Assembly (NCBI GenBank): GCA_018780035.1
Contig: JADMKE010000008.1
Location: forward strand, 7,778 to 71,777
Direction of reading: 5' to 3'
Origin: Candidatus Sericytochromatia bacterium
GTDB taxonomy: Bacteria > Cyanobacteriota > Sericytochromatia > UBA7694
DNA: 64,000 bases
Part shown: one piece after another, positions 29,380 to 40,297 of the stretch
Numbering within the stretch: the first letter of the stretch is position 1
How the letters are laid out: each line of letters starts with the position of its first letter
Made by a program: the position numbers and the translations under genes
Notes under the pieces: generated by a model
What the model was told of the DNA's origin: nothing
The model's database searches: none
What the model saw: only the letters and a program-made list of their open reading frames with translations

Positions 29380-31538
29380 CAACGGGGCTCCAATTCTTTT
29401 AAACAGCGGGCCCAGGCCAATGGAGCCGAAGGGTCTTCCCACAAAGCGGGTGCTTGGGCCCGGATTTTTTCACGTAAGGCTTGGTTAAGCTCTGGATCGG
29501 TCGCCACTTGCAGGGCTTTTTCAATATACGCCTCTGCGCTGCCAACGACGCAATCAGGCAGCCCAAATTTGAGATAAGCCGCCAAAGCGACACGCCCCTG
29601 GGCCATTTCCGTCGGCCAAGTGATCACCGGCAGACCCAACGAAAGTGCTTCGAAGATCGCGGTCCCCCCCCCACAGGGCCGGGGGTCGAGCATGACTGAG
29701 CCCAAAGAGAGTAAATTGAGGTATTCATCGTGTGCCAGCGGAGGCAAGAACCAAATACGGGGCATGAGATCACTCAGGTTCGTTTCAAAGCGCCGCAGCA
29801 GCGCTTCGCGGGCCTTCTCGCCATCAGGCTGGGTCAGCAAAACCAGATGACCTTTGCGATCACTGCGCAAGATCTCCGCCAAGATCAGGTCAAATTCTGG
29901 CTGCAGTTTGGAAAGGCGATGGGGGCACAAATAAAGTGCGCCCTCTGCGGGCAAACCATAGTCCGAACGCGGCCAAAGCTGGCCTTCTGGATGGCGCAAG
30001 ACAAAACCCGGCGGCTGAAAAAAAGCGGGCAACGCCTCCAATTGGATCAGCTTTTCGCTGTAAAAACGCTGGGGATTGTCAGGGGGTTCGACAGCTGTGG
30101 CAGAAATAACATAATCCATTTCGGGCAGGCCTGTCGTGCCCAGACTGAGCCAGGAAGTCAATTGCACAGGAGCCAGGCGATAAGAGGCCAGTAGCAATTG
30201 CAAACTCTGCTCGGCATGGGGCTCAGTCAAACAGAGCAGATCCAGATCCAAGGCCAATAATTGGCCCAAAGCTTCGGGAATCTGATCAGACAAGATCGTA
30301 AAATCGCAATCTGGGGGCAGGGGTTGAAAACTCTGAAAGGCGAAAAAATCTGTAAACACCCATTGCAAATCGAGTCCGTCCAAGGGCAGACGCAGAATCA
30401 GCTGAAAGAACTGTCTCAGGGCCGGATGGGCAGGGCCAAAGACAAAAGCCACGCGCCGCTGCTGATCTGACCTGGGTAAAGCCGGGGGCTCGGCCTGCAA
30501 GGGCGGCAGCAAACGCTGCAGCAAACGTGCCAATTGTTGGCGTGGGACAAGGGCTTCGGTGCCAGTATAGACCAGATTGTGCAGGGGCAGCCAATTGGAG
30601 AAATAGGGCTCGACATTGCTAAAATCCGGTAAAATCTGGGCCCCCCCTGGCAAATCTGCCAACAGGCTAAAACGAGCCAAATGAGCCGTTAATGCCTGCA
30701 AGGCTTGGTTTTGGCTCTCAGCTGAAGCAGGAAAAAGAGGCATGATCAGGCCCTGTTTGAGCTCCCAAGCCAAGCGATCGGGCAAAGCCGGGTCCTCCAA
30801 AGCCATCTGATAACACTTTTGGGCCTCTTCCAATTGGTATTCACTTTCCATCAAAATGCCGACACGTGCGGCAATCAAATGGCGCAAAGCAGGGTAAGAC
30901 GTGGCAAGTGAAATCAAAAAATCCATGGTCTGTTCTGGATTTTTGCCGGTTTCAATCTGCAGCCACATGCTCAGGGCCTGGGGATGTTCGGGCTCCAATT
31001 GCAGGGCTTTAAAATAATACTGAGCGGCTTTATCCAGGGACTGCATCGAGAGAAAAAGGTCTCCCAGCACCACCAAAATATCCACCCGATCGGGGTGAAA
31101 CTGCAGGTATTTGAGAAAGTGTTGAATCGCTTGGGCCGGTTGGTTTAACTCACGGCAGAGAAAGCCGGCATGAAAATAGGCTTCGCTGAATTGCAAATCC
31201 AATTTGAAGGTCTTTTGGTAATATTCCAGGGCTTCTTCAAAGGCCCCAAAATAGCGCTGATAAATCTGGCCCAATTGGAAATAGGCAGGGGCAAAAACCG
31301 GGTTGTGATCCAGAACCTGCTTAAAGGCGCGGATCGCAGGGGCATATTCATGGCGTTCAATCTGCAGAAGCCCCAATTCATAAGCGGCCTCAGTCATATC
31401 TGGCGCCAATTCCAATGCCATTTGATAATGCAAAGCAGCCAGGTCCAACAGCCCCTGCGCTTGCAGTTGCTGGGCCTCCTCAAAATGCTGAAGTTCTGCT
31501 TTGGCTTCCACTTTTCCCGCCTTAATTCTGGTAGTCAT
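29379..31538 (-). CDS. TPR protein with a C-terminal O-GlcNAc transferase-like (GT41/SPINDLY) domain
   Basis: N-terminal TPRs, then RLAPVQ...TTGLPEMDY, KLQPEF, and LDP...GGTAIFEALSLGLPVIT. Confidence 0.85.
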   Translation of the reverse strand: MTTRIKAGKVEAKAELQHFEEAQQLQAQGLLDLAALHYQMALELAPDMTEAAYELGLLQIERHEYAPAIRAFKQVLDHNPVFAPAYFQLGQIYQRYFGAFEEALEYYQKTFKLDLQFSEAYFHAGFLCRELNQPAQAIQHFLKYLQFHPDRVDILVVLGDLFLSMQSLDKAAQYYFKALQLEPEHPQALSMWLQIETGKNPEQTMDFLISLATSYPALRHLIAARVGILMESEYQLEEAQKCYQMALEDPALPDRLAWELKQGLIMPLFPASAESQNQALQALTAHLARFSLLADLPGGAQILPDFSNVEPYFSNWLPLHNLVYTGTEALVPRQQLARLLQRLLPPLQAEPPALPRSDQQRRVAFVFGPAHPALRQFFQLILRLPLDGLDLQWVFTDFFAFQSFQPLPPDCDFTILSDQIPEALGQLLALDLDLLCLTEPHAEQSLQLLLASYRLAPVQLTSWLSLGTTGLPEMDYVISATAVEPPDNPQRFYSEKLIQLEALPAFFQPPGFVLRHPEGQLWPRSDYGLPAEGALYLCPHRLSKLQPEFDLILAEILRSDRKGHLVLLTQPDGEKAREALLRRFETNLSDLMPRIWFLPPLAHDEYLNLLSLGSVMLDPRPCGGGTAIFEALSLGLPVITWPTEMAQGRVALAAYLKFGLPDCVVGSAEAYIEKALQVATDPELNQALREKIRAQAPALWEDPSAPLAWARCLKELEPR

Positions 31539-31649
31539 TATACAATAGACTCCATGCCCACTTCTCTTTCAACAGCCAAGAGATTTAACTGATGCCACTG
31601 CGACTGACACAGAACCCCAATCAGCGCGTGTTAAAACTGGCACTCCATT

Positions 31650-32630
31650 GTGGTCGGTTCTATTCAGATGTGTAAAACCACGACCTCGCGTGCCTTTCGC
31701 AAAAAAAATCTCAATCGCTACACGGTTTACGATTTTGACAATTTTGAGGATTATTTTCTCTATTTACACCTCAATCCCCAGATTCAATGGATCCATGTCT
31801 TGGGGGGCGTTGCCATTGTGCCTGTTTTTCCCTGGGTCATTTACGCCCTGATTCATTTGCATCAACCTTTGCCCTTTGTGCTTTTTTCGCTGGTCTTTTA
31901 CGGGGCCGGATTTATCAGCCATTGGACAGGAGATGGCCAGATCTCCAAGACGGTCAAAGCCTTTGGGCCCTCTTACCTGTATGTAATTTTACTCAATTTT
32001 CGCATCATCACAGGCAGCCAAAAGGCCTATGAAGCCCGCTTTATGGCCCGTTATCCCCACACGCTTTGGGTCTACCAAAGCGAGAGTGAGGCACAGGCCA
32101 TCGCCCCTCCCCAGAATCAACGCCGGGCGCAAATCGGCCTGGGTTTGCTGGCCCTGCTGGGGCTGGGGTTGACCCAGGTGGGACCCTTGCTGGTCTGGGG
32201 CTGGGGCCTGGTTCTTTTGTCTCTGTATTTGGCTGCCGGATTTTTATTGGTCTATTTACAAGATCTCGAACATGCCGTGGACCTGCTCGATCAGCCCATT
32301 GCCAGCCAGCGCTTGGCCCTGACTTTGGCCCTCTCACAACAGAAACAAACGGCAGTCCCTGCACAGCAACAGGCCCTGGCAGACCTGCAAATCTTTAACA
32401 GCACTTTTTGGTACCGTTACCGCCAAAGCCGCTGGCGCCAATTGAAAGCTTGGAGCCAAGGCGCTGAAGCGGCATCCTCTTCAACGGCCCAGCCACTTGC
32501 CCAAGCCTGGCTGCAACGCCTGGAGCAGCAGCTTCAGACAGGCGGCTTTGCCGTCAACAGTGAGGATCAGCGGCTGCTTGAACAGGTCATTTTGTGTTAC
32601 CCTGAAAACCATTCAGCAATGAGAGAATAG
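31650..32630 (+). CDS. Membrane protein with an Mpo1/DUF962-like N-terminal domain
   Basis: FEDYFLYLHLNPQIQWIHVLG...FISHW His pattern and several TM segments. Confidence 0.55.
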   Translation: MVGSIQMCKTTTSRAFRKKNLNRYTVYDFDNFEDYFLYLHLNPQIQWIHVLGGVAIVPVFPWVIYALIHLHQPLPFVLFSLVFYGAGFISHWTGDGQISKTVKAFGPSYLYVILLNFRIITGSQKAYEARFMARYPHTLWVYQSESEAQAIAPPQNQRRAQIGLGLLALLGLGLTQVGPLLVWGWGLVLLSLYLAAGFLLVYLQDLEHAVDLLDQPIASQRLALTLALSQQKQTAVPAQQQALADLQIFNSTFWYRYRQSRWRQLKAWSQGAEAASSSTAQPLAQAWLQRLEQQLQTGGFAVNSEDQRLLEQVILCYPENHSAMRE

Positions 32631-32637
32631 CACGATT

Positions 32638-35559
32638 ATGTCCAAATTAAGGCTCTTGCTTCCCGTCTATCTTTTGTTTTCACTTTCAGGTTTTGCCGGC
32701 CTGATTTATGAAGCGCTTTGGGCCCGTTATATGAAATTGATCTTGGGCCACTCCTCTTATGGTCAAATCCTGACCTTGGTGATCTTTATGGGGGGACTGG
32801 GACTGGGTTCTTTTTTGGGCGGCAAATACGCCCGCATTTTCAAAAAACCGCTGTATTTATACGCTTTGGCAGAAGTGCTGATTGGCATTGGGGGCCTGTT
32901 TTACCACTACCTCTACAAATTTGCCAGTCAGGGGGTCTTTCAACTGGCAGGTTCATTGTCTGGCAACACCTGGCTACTCTGGGGCCTCAAAGGCGGGGCA
33001 GCCCTGCTGATCACGTTGCCCTGGGCCATTTTGCTTGGGATTACCTTTCCGGCCCTGGCGATTGGGGTGATGGATCTGAGTGAAGATGCTGGCCGAGAGA
33101 GCCTGCCCTGGCTGTATTTCACCAATTCCTTGGGAGGTGCCCTGGGCATTTTGGTCACTTCGTTTTATCTGATTGACCATTTTGGCACCATTGGCACCCT
33201 CTCTCTGGCGGGCAGCCTGAATATGGGCTTGGGTCTGGCCTTTTATTTACTCACACGGCAGTTCTGGCCGGATCCAGAAGACAACCCAGAAGACACGCCA
33301 GAAGCCCCGGCACAAAACCTCGATTTGGAAAGTCAATTATCCCCAACGGCCCTGGGCAAAAGCCTCTTGGGCGTTTCATTACTCACTGGATTCTCCTCTT
33401 TTTTGTATGAAATTTGCTGGATACGGCTTTTGGCCCTGCTGATGGGCGCCTCGACCCATGCCTTTGATTTAATGGTCTCAGCGTTTATTCTTGGACTGGC
33501 TTCGGGCAGTTTGGTCGTGCGCTTTGTCATGCAAAAAAGCGGGGCGGCTCTCAAAGTTTTGGCCTGGGTACAGATATTAATGGGGCTCTGTGCAGGCCTT
33601 AGCCTGGTCTTTTATGAGCAATTGTTTGTCTTTATGAACCAGTCGCACAGCATTTTGACCCCCACCCCTGGTGCCTATGGTCTGTATTCCGTCTTCAGAT
33701 ACGGCCTGAGTTTGCTCTTGATGTTTCCCGCCAGTTTCTTTGCAGGCATGACCCTGCCCCTGATTACCTGGGCTGTTTTGCACCTGCTCAAACACGAGCG
33801 CTTTGTCGGACAGGTCTACGCATATAACACCTTTGGTGCAATTTTGGGCTCGGCCCTGGGAGGCCTGTTTTTCTTGCCTTGGCTGCAACTCAAAGGCACA
33901 TTGGTTTTGGCTGCATTGATCGATCTTGGCGTGGGCCTGGGTTTGCTCAGTTTGACCCCCAAAGCAAAAATCCGTCTGGCCTGGGCAACGGGGCTCTCGC
34001 TGGTCTTGATGGTGCCGGTTGTGGGCGTCAATCTCAATGGCTTTACGCTCACTTCGGGCGTGTTTCGCGAATCGCTGGATTTTAAGGCCAGTGAGGCACG
34101 GCACCGCATTCCCCCAGAAATTCGCCATGGCCGCACAGCCAGCATTTCTTTTCATGATTATGGCAATCTCAAAACGATCAAAACCAATGGCAAACCCGAT
34201 GCCAGCGTGGCCACAGTGTCAGATATGAGCCAGCCCAATGATGAAATTACCCAGGCCGCTTTGGCACTCTATCCTGTTCAGCTCATGAAAAAGCCCTATC
34301 AAGCAGCCATGATCGGCCTCGGCAGCGGCATGACTGCCCATTACCTCTTGCGCGACCCCCAATTACAACAGCTCGACATGATTGAAATTGAACCGGAAGT
34401 CTATGAACTGGCCAAAGGGTTTGCTCCCTTTAATCAAGCGGTCTATCAAAGCCCCAAAATCAAAATGGCGTTTGAAGACGCGCGCACCTTTTTTTACAGC
34501 CAGAACAAACAGTATGATCTGATTGTCTCTGAACCCTCCAATCCTTGGATCAGCGGGGTCTCCAGCCTGTTTACCCAGGAGTTTTACCGGGATATGCGCC
34601 GTTTTTTAAAACCCGAAGGAGTTTTGGTACAGTGGATTCACTCGTATGAGTTCGATTCTCAGCTTTTGCTCTCAATTTTAAAGGCTTTAAAAACCCAATT
34701 TGCACATATCTCTATTTATGGCCTACCTAGCCTTGAATCCGACCAAACACTGCCCTCCAATCTCTTGATCTTTGCCAGCGCTTCAGCGATTCAATTTCCC
34801 TCGGGGCCCCATTTGCGCAGGATTCCCGAACTCGATGCAGATTTAAAGCGGCTGAAAATGACGACCCGTGATTTTGATGGCACCTATCGCATCGCGACCC
34901 AACAGACCTTGCAGGCCCTGATCGCCAATTACAATGCCAACTCTGACTTTTTTCCCGTGGTGGATTCTCAGGCCGAAAGACACCGTTTTTTGAATAGCAT
35001 TGTAAATATTCACGAATTTTTGCTGTTTACACCGGTCTATTACCAGTCTTTTTTCGAGCCCGATTTTCACCCCTTGCTCATCGAGCGCCTCAAAAAAGGG
35101 GAAAACCGTCTAAACCTGCTCTTAAAAGACCTGGACTATAAATTGACACAAAGAGCCAAATTACAAGACCCCGAGCGCTTGCGCAAAGACTTTAAATACC
35201 TGCTCACGCGCTTTATGCCCATTTTAAATTGGGGCCACCCCACATTGCAAAAATACAGGCAGTATTTGAGCAGCACACCAGCCTTGCAGGTGCAATGGGT
35301 GGAGTTTGAGCTTTTTCAGCATTTTGCGGATCCAGATCTACGCAAAAGTATTCCCGCCATGCAAGCCCTTTTAAAAGCGCCTCCTCAGGCTTTGCAACCG
35401 GCCACCATTCGGGCCTTGGGCCTGAAAGCGATCCAAATGAAAAACCTGCAACTCTACCAGCAGGTCATTACCAACCTGGCCAAACCCCACCCAGAGATCA
35501 GCGAGCTTGAAAAAGAGCTGATGCAGAGCTTTTTGCCGAAAACCGCTGTGCCACGCTAG
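32638..35559 (+). CDS. Fused membrane domain / spermidine synthase-like protein
   Basis: About 13 TM segments (SGFAGLIYEALW), then MIGLGSGMT, IEIEP, EDAR and YDLIVSEPSNPW. Confidence 0.9.
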   Translation: MSKLRLLLPVYLLFSLSGFAGLIYEALWARYMKLILGHSSYGQILTLVIFMGGLGLGSFLGGKYARIFKKPLYLYALAEVLIGIGGLFYHYLYKFASQGVFQLAGSLSGNTWLLWGLKGGAALLITLPWAILLGITFPALAIGVMDLSEDAGRESLPWLYFTNSLGGALGILVTSFYLIDHFGTIGTLSLAGSLNMGLGLAFYLLTRQFWPDPEDNPEDTPEAPAQNLDLESQLSPTALGKSLLGVSLLTGFSSFLYEICWIRLLALLMGASTHAFDLMVSAFILGLASGSLVVRFVMQKSGAALKVLAWVQILMGLCAGLSLVFYEQLFVFMNQSHSILTPTPGAYGLYSVFRYGLSLLLMFPASFFAGMTLPLITWAVLHLLKHERFVGQVYAYNTFGAILGSALGGLFFLPWLQLKGTLVLAALIDLGVGLGLLSLTPKAKIRLAWATGLSLVLMVPVVGVNLNGFTLTSGVFRESLDFKASEARHRIPPEIRHGRTASISFHDYGNLKTIKTNGKPDASVATVSDMSQPNDEITQAALALYPVQLMKKPYQAAMIGLGSGMTAHYLLRDPQLQQLDMIEIEPEVYELAKGFAPFNQAVYQSPKIKMAFEDARTFFYSQNKQYDLIVSEPSNPWISGVSSLFTQEFYRDMRRFLKPEGVLVQWIHSYEFDSQLLLSILKALKTQFAHISIYGLPSLESDQTLPSNLLIFASASAIQFPSGPHLRRIPELDADLKRLKMTTRDFDGTYRIATQQTLQALIANYNANSDFFPVVDSQAERHRFLNSIVNIHEFLLFTPVYYQSFFEPDFHPLLIERLKKGENRLNLLLKDLDYKLTQRAKLQDPERLRKDFKYLLTRFMPILNWGHPTLQKYRQYLSSTPALQVQWVEFELFQHFADPDLRKSIPAMQALLKAPPQALQPATIRALGLKAIQMKNLQLYQQVITNLAKPHPEISELEKELMQSFLPKTAVPR

Positions 35560-35651
35560 GCGCAAAGTGATTCCGACAGCGGACTTTTACTTTTTCAAAA
35601 AACATGATAGAGTAAGGCTTGTTTATTTACAAAAAATAAAAGGGTTTTGAT

Positions 35652-37148
35652 ATGCTAAAATCGCGTCAACTGTTCGCTCTCTCTTTGGCTTGCACTTTAA
35701 TGGCCTGCCAGACAGCTCCATTGGAAAGCCCCAACATACCTAAAAAGCAGGAAACACAGCCCCTCTCTGATACAAGCAAGCAGAATCCAGCAATTATACA
35801 ACCCTCTGCTTCACCCGTGATTGCGGCAAGCGCCAACCCAATCGTTAAAAACACACTTAGCAAATACAGTCAGGCCTTACAGGCTTATCAAAAAGAAAGC
35901 CTCAAATCCACTGTGACCATAGCCCCTGGTTTAAATACAGCTTCACTCACGGCCCCGAGCCAAAATACCGCACCGTCACCCATGCCTTCCGGAACAAGTG
36001 CGCCAACTGAACTCGGTAATAATAGTGCTTCAAACAGCAGTTCGGGGATTTTTCCTGAGCCAACTCCCGAAGACTTAAAAAAATTAATTCAACAGTCTTA
36101 TGAATTAATGCTCAAACAAGTTGCTGAATTAGAGGCAACCCAACCTCCCGAAGCCTTGGCAAAGCAACACACAAGGCTATTACAAGGCCTGAAACAAAAT
36201 AAAAGTAGAAGTGAACGATTATTAAAAGAAATCGAAGGGAAAACACTTACCGTCAGTGAGTTTCGTTCTCTTAGTGAAAAAATCATCAAAGATGAAGGTC
36301 TCTCACTGAGTGAAAATGCCAAACAAAGCCAGGAACTATCTGAACTCCAATTTGAAATCATGCGCATGGCATTGGCTGAGGAGACCCAAAGTAAATATCC
36401 GGGCAATGCTTTAGAAGAAAGTGCTTATGCACCAGCATTGATACCTATTTGGAAAAAATACATTTACGCATTAACAGACTCTTTTGTTTTAGAGAACCCA
36501 TTAAATGGGTCTCTCTATTTTCGCGAAAATGAAAAGTTAAAACAAATTCAGCCAAAGATAAATGAATTCATTCAGGCCATAGAACGTCTCAATCCGCCAA
36601 CAAAATACACAGAATTGCACTACACCTTATTGGCGCATGGCAAACAAAGTCAAACACTCATTGAATCTCTTTTAAAAAATCCCCTGTCGGTCCAAAACCC
36701 ACAGGCATTAATCAAAGAACTGTTTGGTAATTTTGAATTGCTCTACAATTTTGGCCTTGTGAGCCAGAGTAGTTATATACTCCAAAAAGAAGTCCTTTTA
36801 GACCAAACCAAAGAGTTAGAAAAACAGGCCAAAGAGCATGACATGCAAAAACTCACTGAAGCCCCCCGCTTCAAAGGTGATTTTAAAGCCTTGCGGACAA
36901 GCAGTGAGGGCATTCAGCTGACTTGGACGACCCCACCGGATGGCACAACAACACTGATTATTTATCGCAATGAGCCCGAAAAAATTTTCAAATCCCTGAC
37001 CCAAATTGCCACCCTTGAGCCAGGAACAACCAACTATTCTGATCAAGCCTCTTTAGCCAGTGGAAAAGCCTATCAATACACACTCTCTTTTCAAAATGCC
37101 AAAGGAGAAATTCTGGCGGCTTTAGAAAGTAGCCAAGTGGTGTTCTAA
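35652..37148 (+). CDS. Hypothetical lipoprotein with a C-terminal fibronectin III-like domain
   Basis: Lipobox LMAC, Pro/Ser-rich linker, and C-terminal IQLTW...IYR...YSD...YQY. Confidence 0.65.
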   Translation: MLKSRQLFALSLACTLMACQTAPLESPNIPKKQETQPLSDTSKQNPAIIQPSASPVIAASANPIVKNTLSKYSQALQAYQKESLKSTVTIAPGLNTASLTAPSQNTAPSPMPSGTSAPTELGNNSASNSSSGIFPEPTPEDLKKLIQQSYELMLKQVAELEATQPPEALAKQHTRLLQGLKQNKSRSERLLKEIEGKTLTVSEFRSLSEKIIKDEGLSLSENAKQSQELSELQFEIMRMALAEETQSKYPGNALEESAYAPALIPIWKKYIYALTDSFVLENPLNGSLYFRENEKLKQIQPKINEFIQAIERLNPPTKYTELHYTLLAHGKQSQTLIESLLKNPLSVQNPQALIKELFGNFELLYNFGLVSQSSYILQKEVLLDQTKELEKQAKEHDMQKLTEAPRFKGDFKALRTSSEGIQLTWTTPPDGTTTLIIYRNEPEKIFKSLTQIATLEPGTTNYSDQASLASGKAYQYTLSFQNAKGEILAALESSQVVF

Positions 37149-38521
37149 AGCGTCAGCTCCAGCACCTCACCCGCTTGCGCAATCTGGCTCTGCCAGCCTT
37201 TGGCCTCGGCCAGACGGTTTTGCAGGGCCAGGGCCGCATCGGGCTCGCCATGGACAATAAACAGCTGCTCGGGCGCGCGCGACAGCTCGGAGAGCCAATC
37301 CAGCAGACCGGCTTGGTCGGCATGGGCTGAGAGGCCGTGTAATTGTTCAACCCGGGCCCGAACAGGGTAATGTACCCCTTGGATTTTGAGGTGCGAAGCG
37401 CCTTCCAAGAGATCGCGCCCCCGGGTGCCTTCGGCCTGATACCCCGAGAGCAAGACCGTTGAAGCGGGGTTGGGCAATTCATAGAGCAAATAGCCCAACA
37501 TGCGTCCCCCTGTGAGCATGCCGCTGCCTGCCAAGACAATTTTGGGCTGTTGGCGCTTGGCAATCTTCAAGCTCTCCTGGGCCTGGGTCACAACATGAAT
37601 GCCCGCCGTCAGAGCTTGAGCATCGGCCTCACTCAGTTTGTGCCATTCAGGAAATTCAGCAAAGAGTTTGAGAACCGCAGAGCCCATCGGGCTATCGAGA
37701 ATGATCGGCACAGACGGCAGGCGTTTTTGACGGATCAATTGTGAAAGCAACAAAAGCAGGGTTTGGGTGCGCTCCACAGCAAAACCGGGAATCAAAAGTG
37801 AGCCCCCGTCTGAGAGGGTTTCTGCCGCCAATTCGGCCAAACGCTCAGCCACATCTTCGTCGGGATGGAGCCGATTGCCATAGGTCGATTCAATCAACAA
37901 GAGATCGGCTTTGTCGGGCTTGTGGGGTGGATAGAGCAGCATGTCATCGCTGCGGCCAATATCCCCCGAAAAGATCAGGGTTTTGCCCGCGATTTCCAGT
38001 TCAATAAAACAGGCCCCCAAAATATGGCCATTATAATGCCAGCGCGCGCGAATCCCCGCCTCGGGAAAGAGTTCAAGCCACTCTTGCTGGGACACTGTCT
38101 GCAAATGGCTGAGGGTTTTTTCGGCCTCGCGGATGGTATAAAGTGGCTTGGCTGGGGCATGTTTGGAATAGCCATGTAAATTGGCCCTTTCAGCCTCTTC
38201 TTCTTGGACCTTGCCGCTGTCACGCAGAATAATTTCAGTCACAGCCCGGGTCGGCGCCGTGGCGTAGATCGGCCCCCGAAAGCCCTGCTGCAGGAGACAG
38301 GGCAAATAGCCCGTGTGGTCCATATGGCCATGGGTCAACAAAACAGCCTCGATCTCTTTGGCCGGAAAGGGCAGAGGCTCCCAATTTTGCAGACGCAATT
38401 GTTTGAGTCCCTGAAAGAGGCCGCAATCGATCAAAAGCGTGTGGCCTTCGGCCTGAACCAAAAAACGAGAACCGGTCACGGTTCCTGCTGCACCTAAAAA
38501 ACGAATCGTCAATGGGGTCAT
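37145..38521 (-). CDS. MBL-fold beta-CASP RNase-like protein
   Basis: LGAAGTVTGS, THGHMDH, GHILG, SGDIG, ESTYG, SAHAD, VHGE. Confidence 0.93.
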   Translation of the reverse strand: MTPLTIRFLGAAGTVTGSRFLVQAEGHTLLIDCGLFQGLKQLRLQNWEPLPFPAKEIEAVLLTHGHMDHTGYLPCLLQQGFRGPIYATAPTRAVTEIILRDSGKVQEEEAERANLHGYSKHAPAKPLYTIREAEKTLSHLQTVSQQEWLELFPEAGIRARWHYNGHILGACFIELEIAGKTLIFSGDIGRSDDMLLYPPHKPDKADLLLIESTYGNRLHPDEDVAERLAELAAETLSDGGSLLIPGFAVERTQTLLLLLSQLIRQKRLPSVPIILDSPMGSAVLKLFAEFPEWHKLSEADAQALTAGIHVVTQAQESLKIAKRQQPKIVLAGSGMLTGGRMLGYLLYELPNPASTVLLSGYQAEGTRGRDLLEGASHLKIQGVHYPVRARVEQLHGLSAHADQAGLLDWLSELSRAPEQLFIVHGEPDAALALQNRLAEAKGWQSQIAQAGEVLELTL

Positions 38522-40206
38522 GGAATAAGTACATCCGCATAATTAAATTCAATTGCCAGAGATTTGGCTTTCCAGGGTCTGTTCAAATTCTTTTCTGCTG
38601 CCTGCCGCACGACAGTATCCACGGCAGGTTGCTCAAGTACCGCTGCATAATTGCGCTTGGCCTCTGAACGCAAACCGGCGACATCAAAGGCCCGGCCCCG
38701 CCAGAGATAAAACGCAGCCACCCGTTCAGGATCCGGGTGCCCCAGCTCCAAAGCCCTGTGAAAATAGGGCAGAGCCGCTTCGGGGCGTTGGGCCGAAAGC
38801 GCCACCAATCCAGCAATATAGGCATAAACCGATTCGCGCGGGGCCTCTTGGCAGGCATCCTCCATGGCGCTGAACGCTTGGATTTTGTCATTCTCATCAA
38901 AATAGGCCCGGTAGGCACGGGTATAGTGGGCAAAGGCCCGCTCTTCTTGTTCGGGCACGTTTCGCCCCAGCAGTGGGGGCAGATTTTCACACACCGTTCC
39001 CTGTTTGAGGTCAAAGGCATAATAGGGCCGGGTGGAGGTGGGCACCGTACCCGCTCCAACCCAGGCCCGCCCGGCAGCGGGCTCAAACACCGCCGAAGAG
39101 ACTGTCAGCAGCATGGCCAACGGTGTGCGCATGCGGCAGCGGGCATCCACCCGATCGCCGAGCAAATAGGCCATGTCTTGGGCCTCAAGCTGGCCGTGCC
39201 GGGCTTTGAGATAGCTGTCGATATGTTGGTATCGGCCCAAATTGGAGCGCCACTGCGAGGGATAGAGATGGGTCTCACGGTCGGCCAGCTTTTTGCTGAG
39301 ATACATATTGCTGTAAGCAAAGGTTTCCTGATCGGTGATAAACCAGTGGCGTTCGGTGCCCGTGACCTCGTAACAGAGCAGGGCCTTTTCCGCTGCCGAG
39401 GTGATGATATACGTCCAACAGGCGGTGGGCCGATGGGCATCGAGAATTTGACGGGCCTGCTCCAGGGTCTGGGCTTTGCGCATCACTTCATCGCCGACAA
39501 TCCCCACGGGCTGTCCACCCAATTGCAAATTGAGGCAGGCCACATGCTGATGCACAGCCAGGGTCAAGCCCGCTTCGTTCATGGCCGTGACCCCACCCAG
39601 GGGAATCCCGGCTGAGGTGATCGAGAGGTAATTCAAGCCATCTTCGGGCTGAGAAAAAATCACAGCAGCTTCGCGATCCCAGACCTGGGCCCCCATATAG
39701 TCGAGGTTGCGGGCGTGTAAGAGCTGCCCTTGTTTGGTCGCACCGCCCTGGGCCACAGCGCTGGAGCAGCCCATGGTCTGGACAGCCAATTGCGGTGCCA
39801 ATTCCAGCTTGCGCATTTTTTGACTCTGGCAAGAGAGCCAGAGAAAGCTATCGGGCAACACAAAAGCCTGCCAAATCAAAGCTTCGGGCAAACCGGCCCC
39901 TTCCGCCAGCCCTTTGACATGGGCCTTGACATGGGCCGGAAAGGCCGCCACCAATTGGCGACCGACCCAGCGATCCAGGCCTTTTTTGAGGGTTTTGGCC
40001 GCTCGCTCGCCCACTGCTTGGCGCAAAATCTTTTCCAGATAGACCGCAAAATAAGGCACCGCTCCTTGGGGAATGGCAGCTTTGAGCATTTGCCCATGCT
40101 GATAGCCCATTTCGTAGTCACTGCCACCGATCTTGAGCACGTGTAAGCCCTGATAGCGGCGATAGCCGGGCATTCCAGCAGTAGCAAGGGCAAGGGTCTC
40201 AGACAT
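38518..40206 (-). CDS. C45-family (AAT) Ntn-hydrolase with C-terminal TPRs
   Basis: YEMGYQHG, nucleophile GCSS, HARNLDY and AMNEAGL, followed by a TPR-like tail. Confidence 0.8.
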   Translation of the reverse strand: MSETLALATAGMPGYRRYQGLHVLKIGGSDYEMGYQHGQMLKAAIPQGAVPYFAVYLEKILRQAVGERAAKTLKKGLDRWVGRQLVAAFPAHVKAHVKGLAEGAGLPEALIWQAFVLPDSFLWLSCQSQKMRKLELAPQLAVQTMGCSSAVAQGGATKQGQLLHARNLDYMGAQVWDREAAVIFSQPEDGLNYLSITSAGIPLGGVTAMNEAGLTLAVHQHVACLNLQLGGQPVGIVGDEVMRKAQTLEQARQILDAHRPTACWTYIITSAAEKALLCYEVTGTERHWFITDQETFAYSNMYLSKKLADRETHLYPSQWRSNLGRYQHIDSYLKARHGQLEAQDMAYLLGDRVDARCRMRTPLAMLLTVSSAVFEPAAGRAWVGAGTVPTSTRPYYAFDLKQGTVCENLPPLLGRNVPEQEERAFAHYTRAYRAYFDENDKIQAFSAMEDACQEAPRESVYAYIAGLVALSAQRPEAALPYFHRALELGHPDPERVAAFYLWRGRAFDVAGLRSEAKRNYAAVLEQPAVDTVVRQAAEKNLNRPWKAKSLAIEFNYADVLIP

Positions 40207-40297
40207 AGGAACACTCCTGTTGGCAAGCTGCTATTAGTATAGCCGCAGCCAGCCGCTTTGTGAGAAAATTAAAGGCAGAAAACCCAGGAGATAAGCC

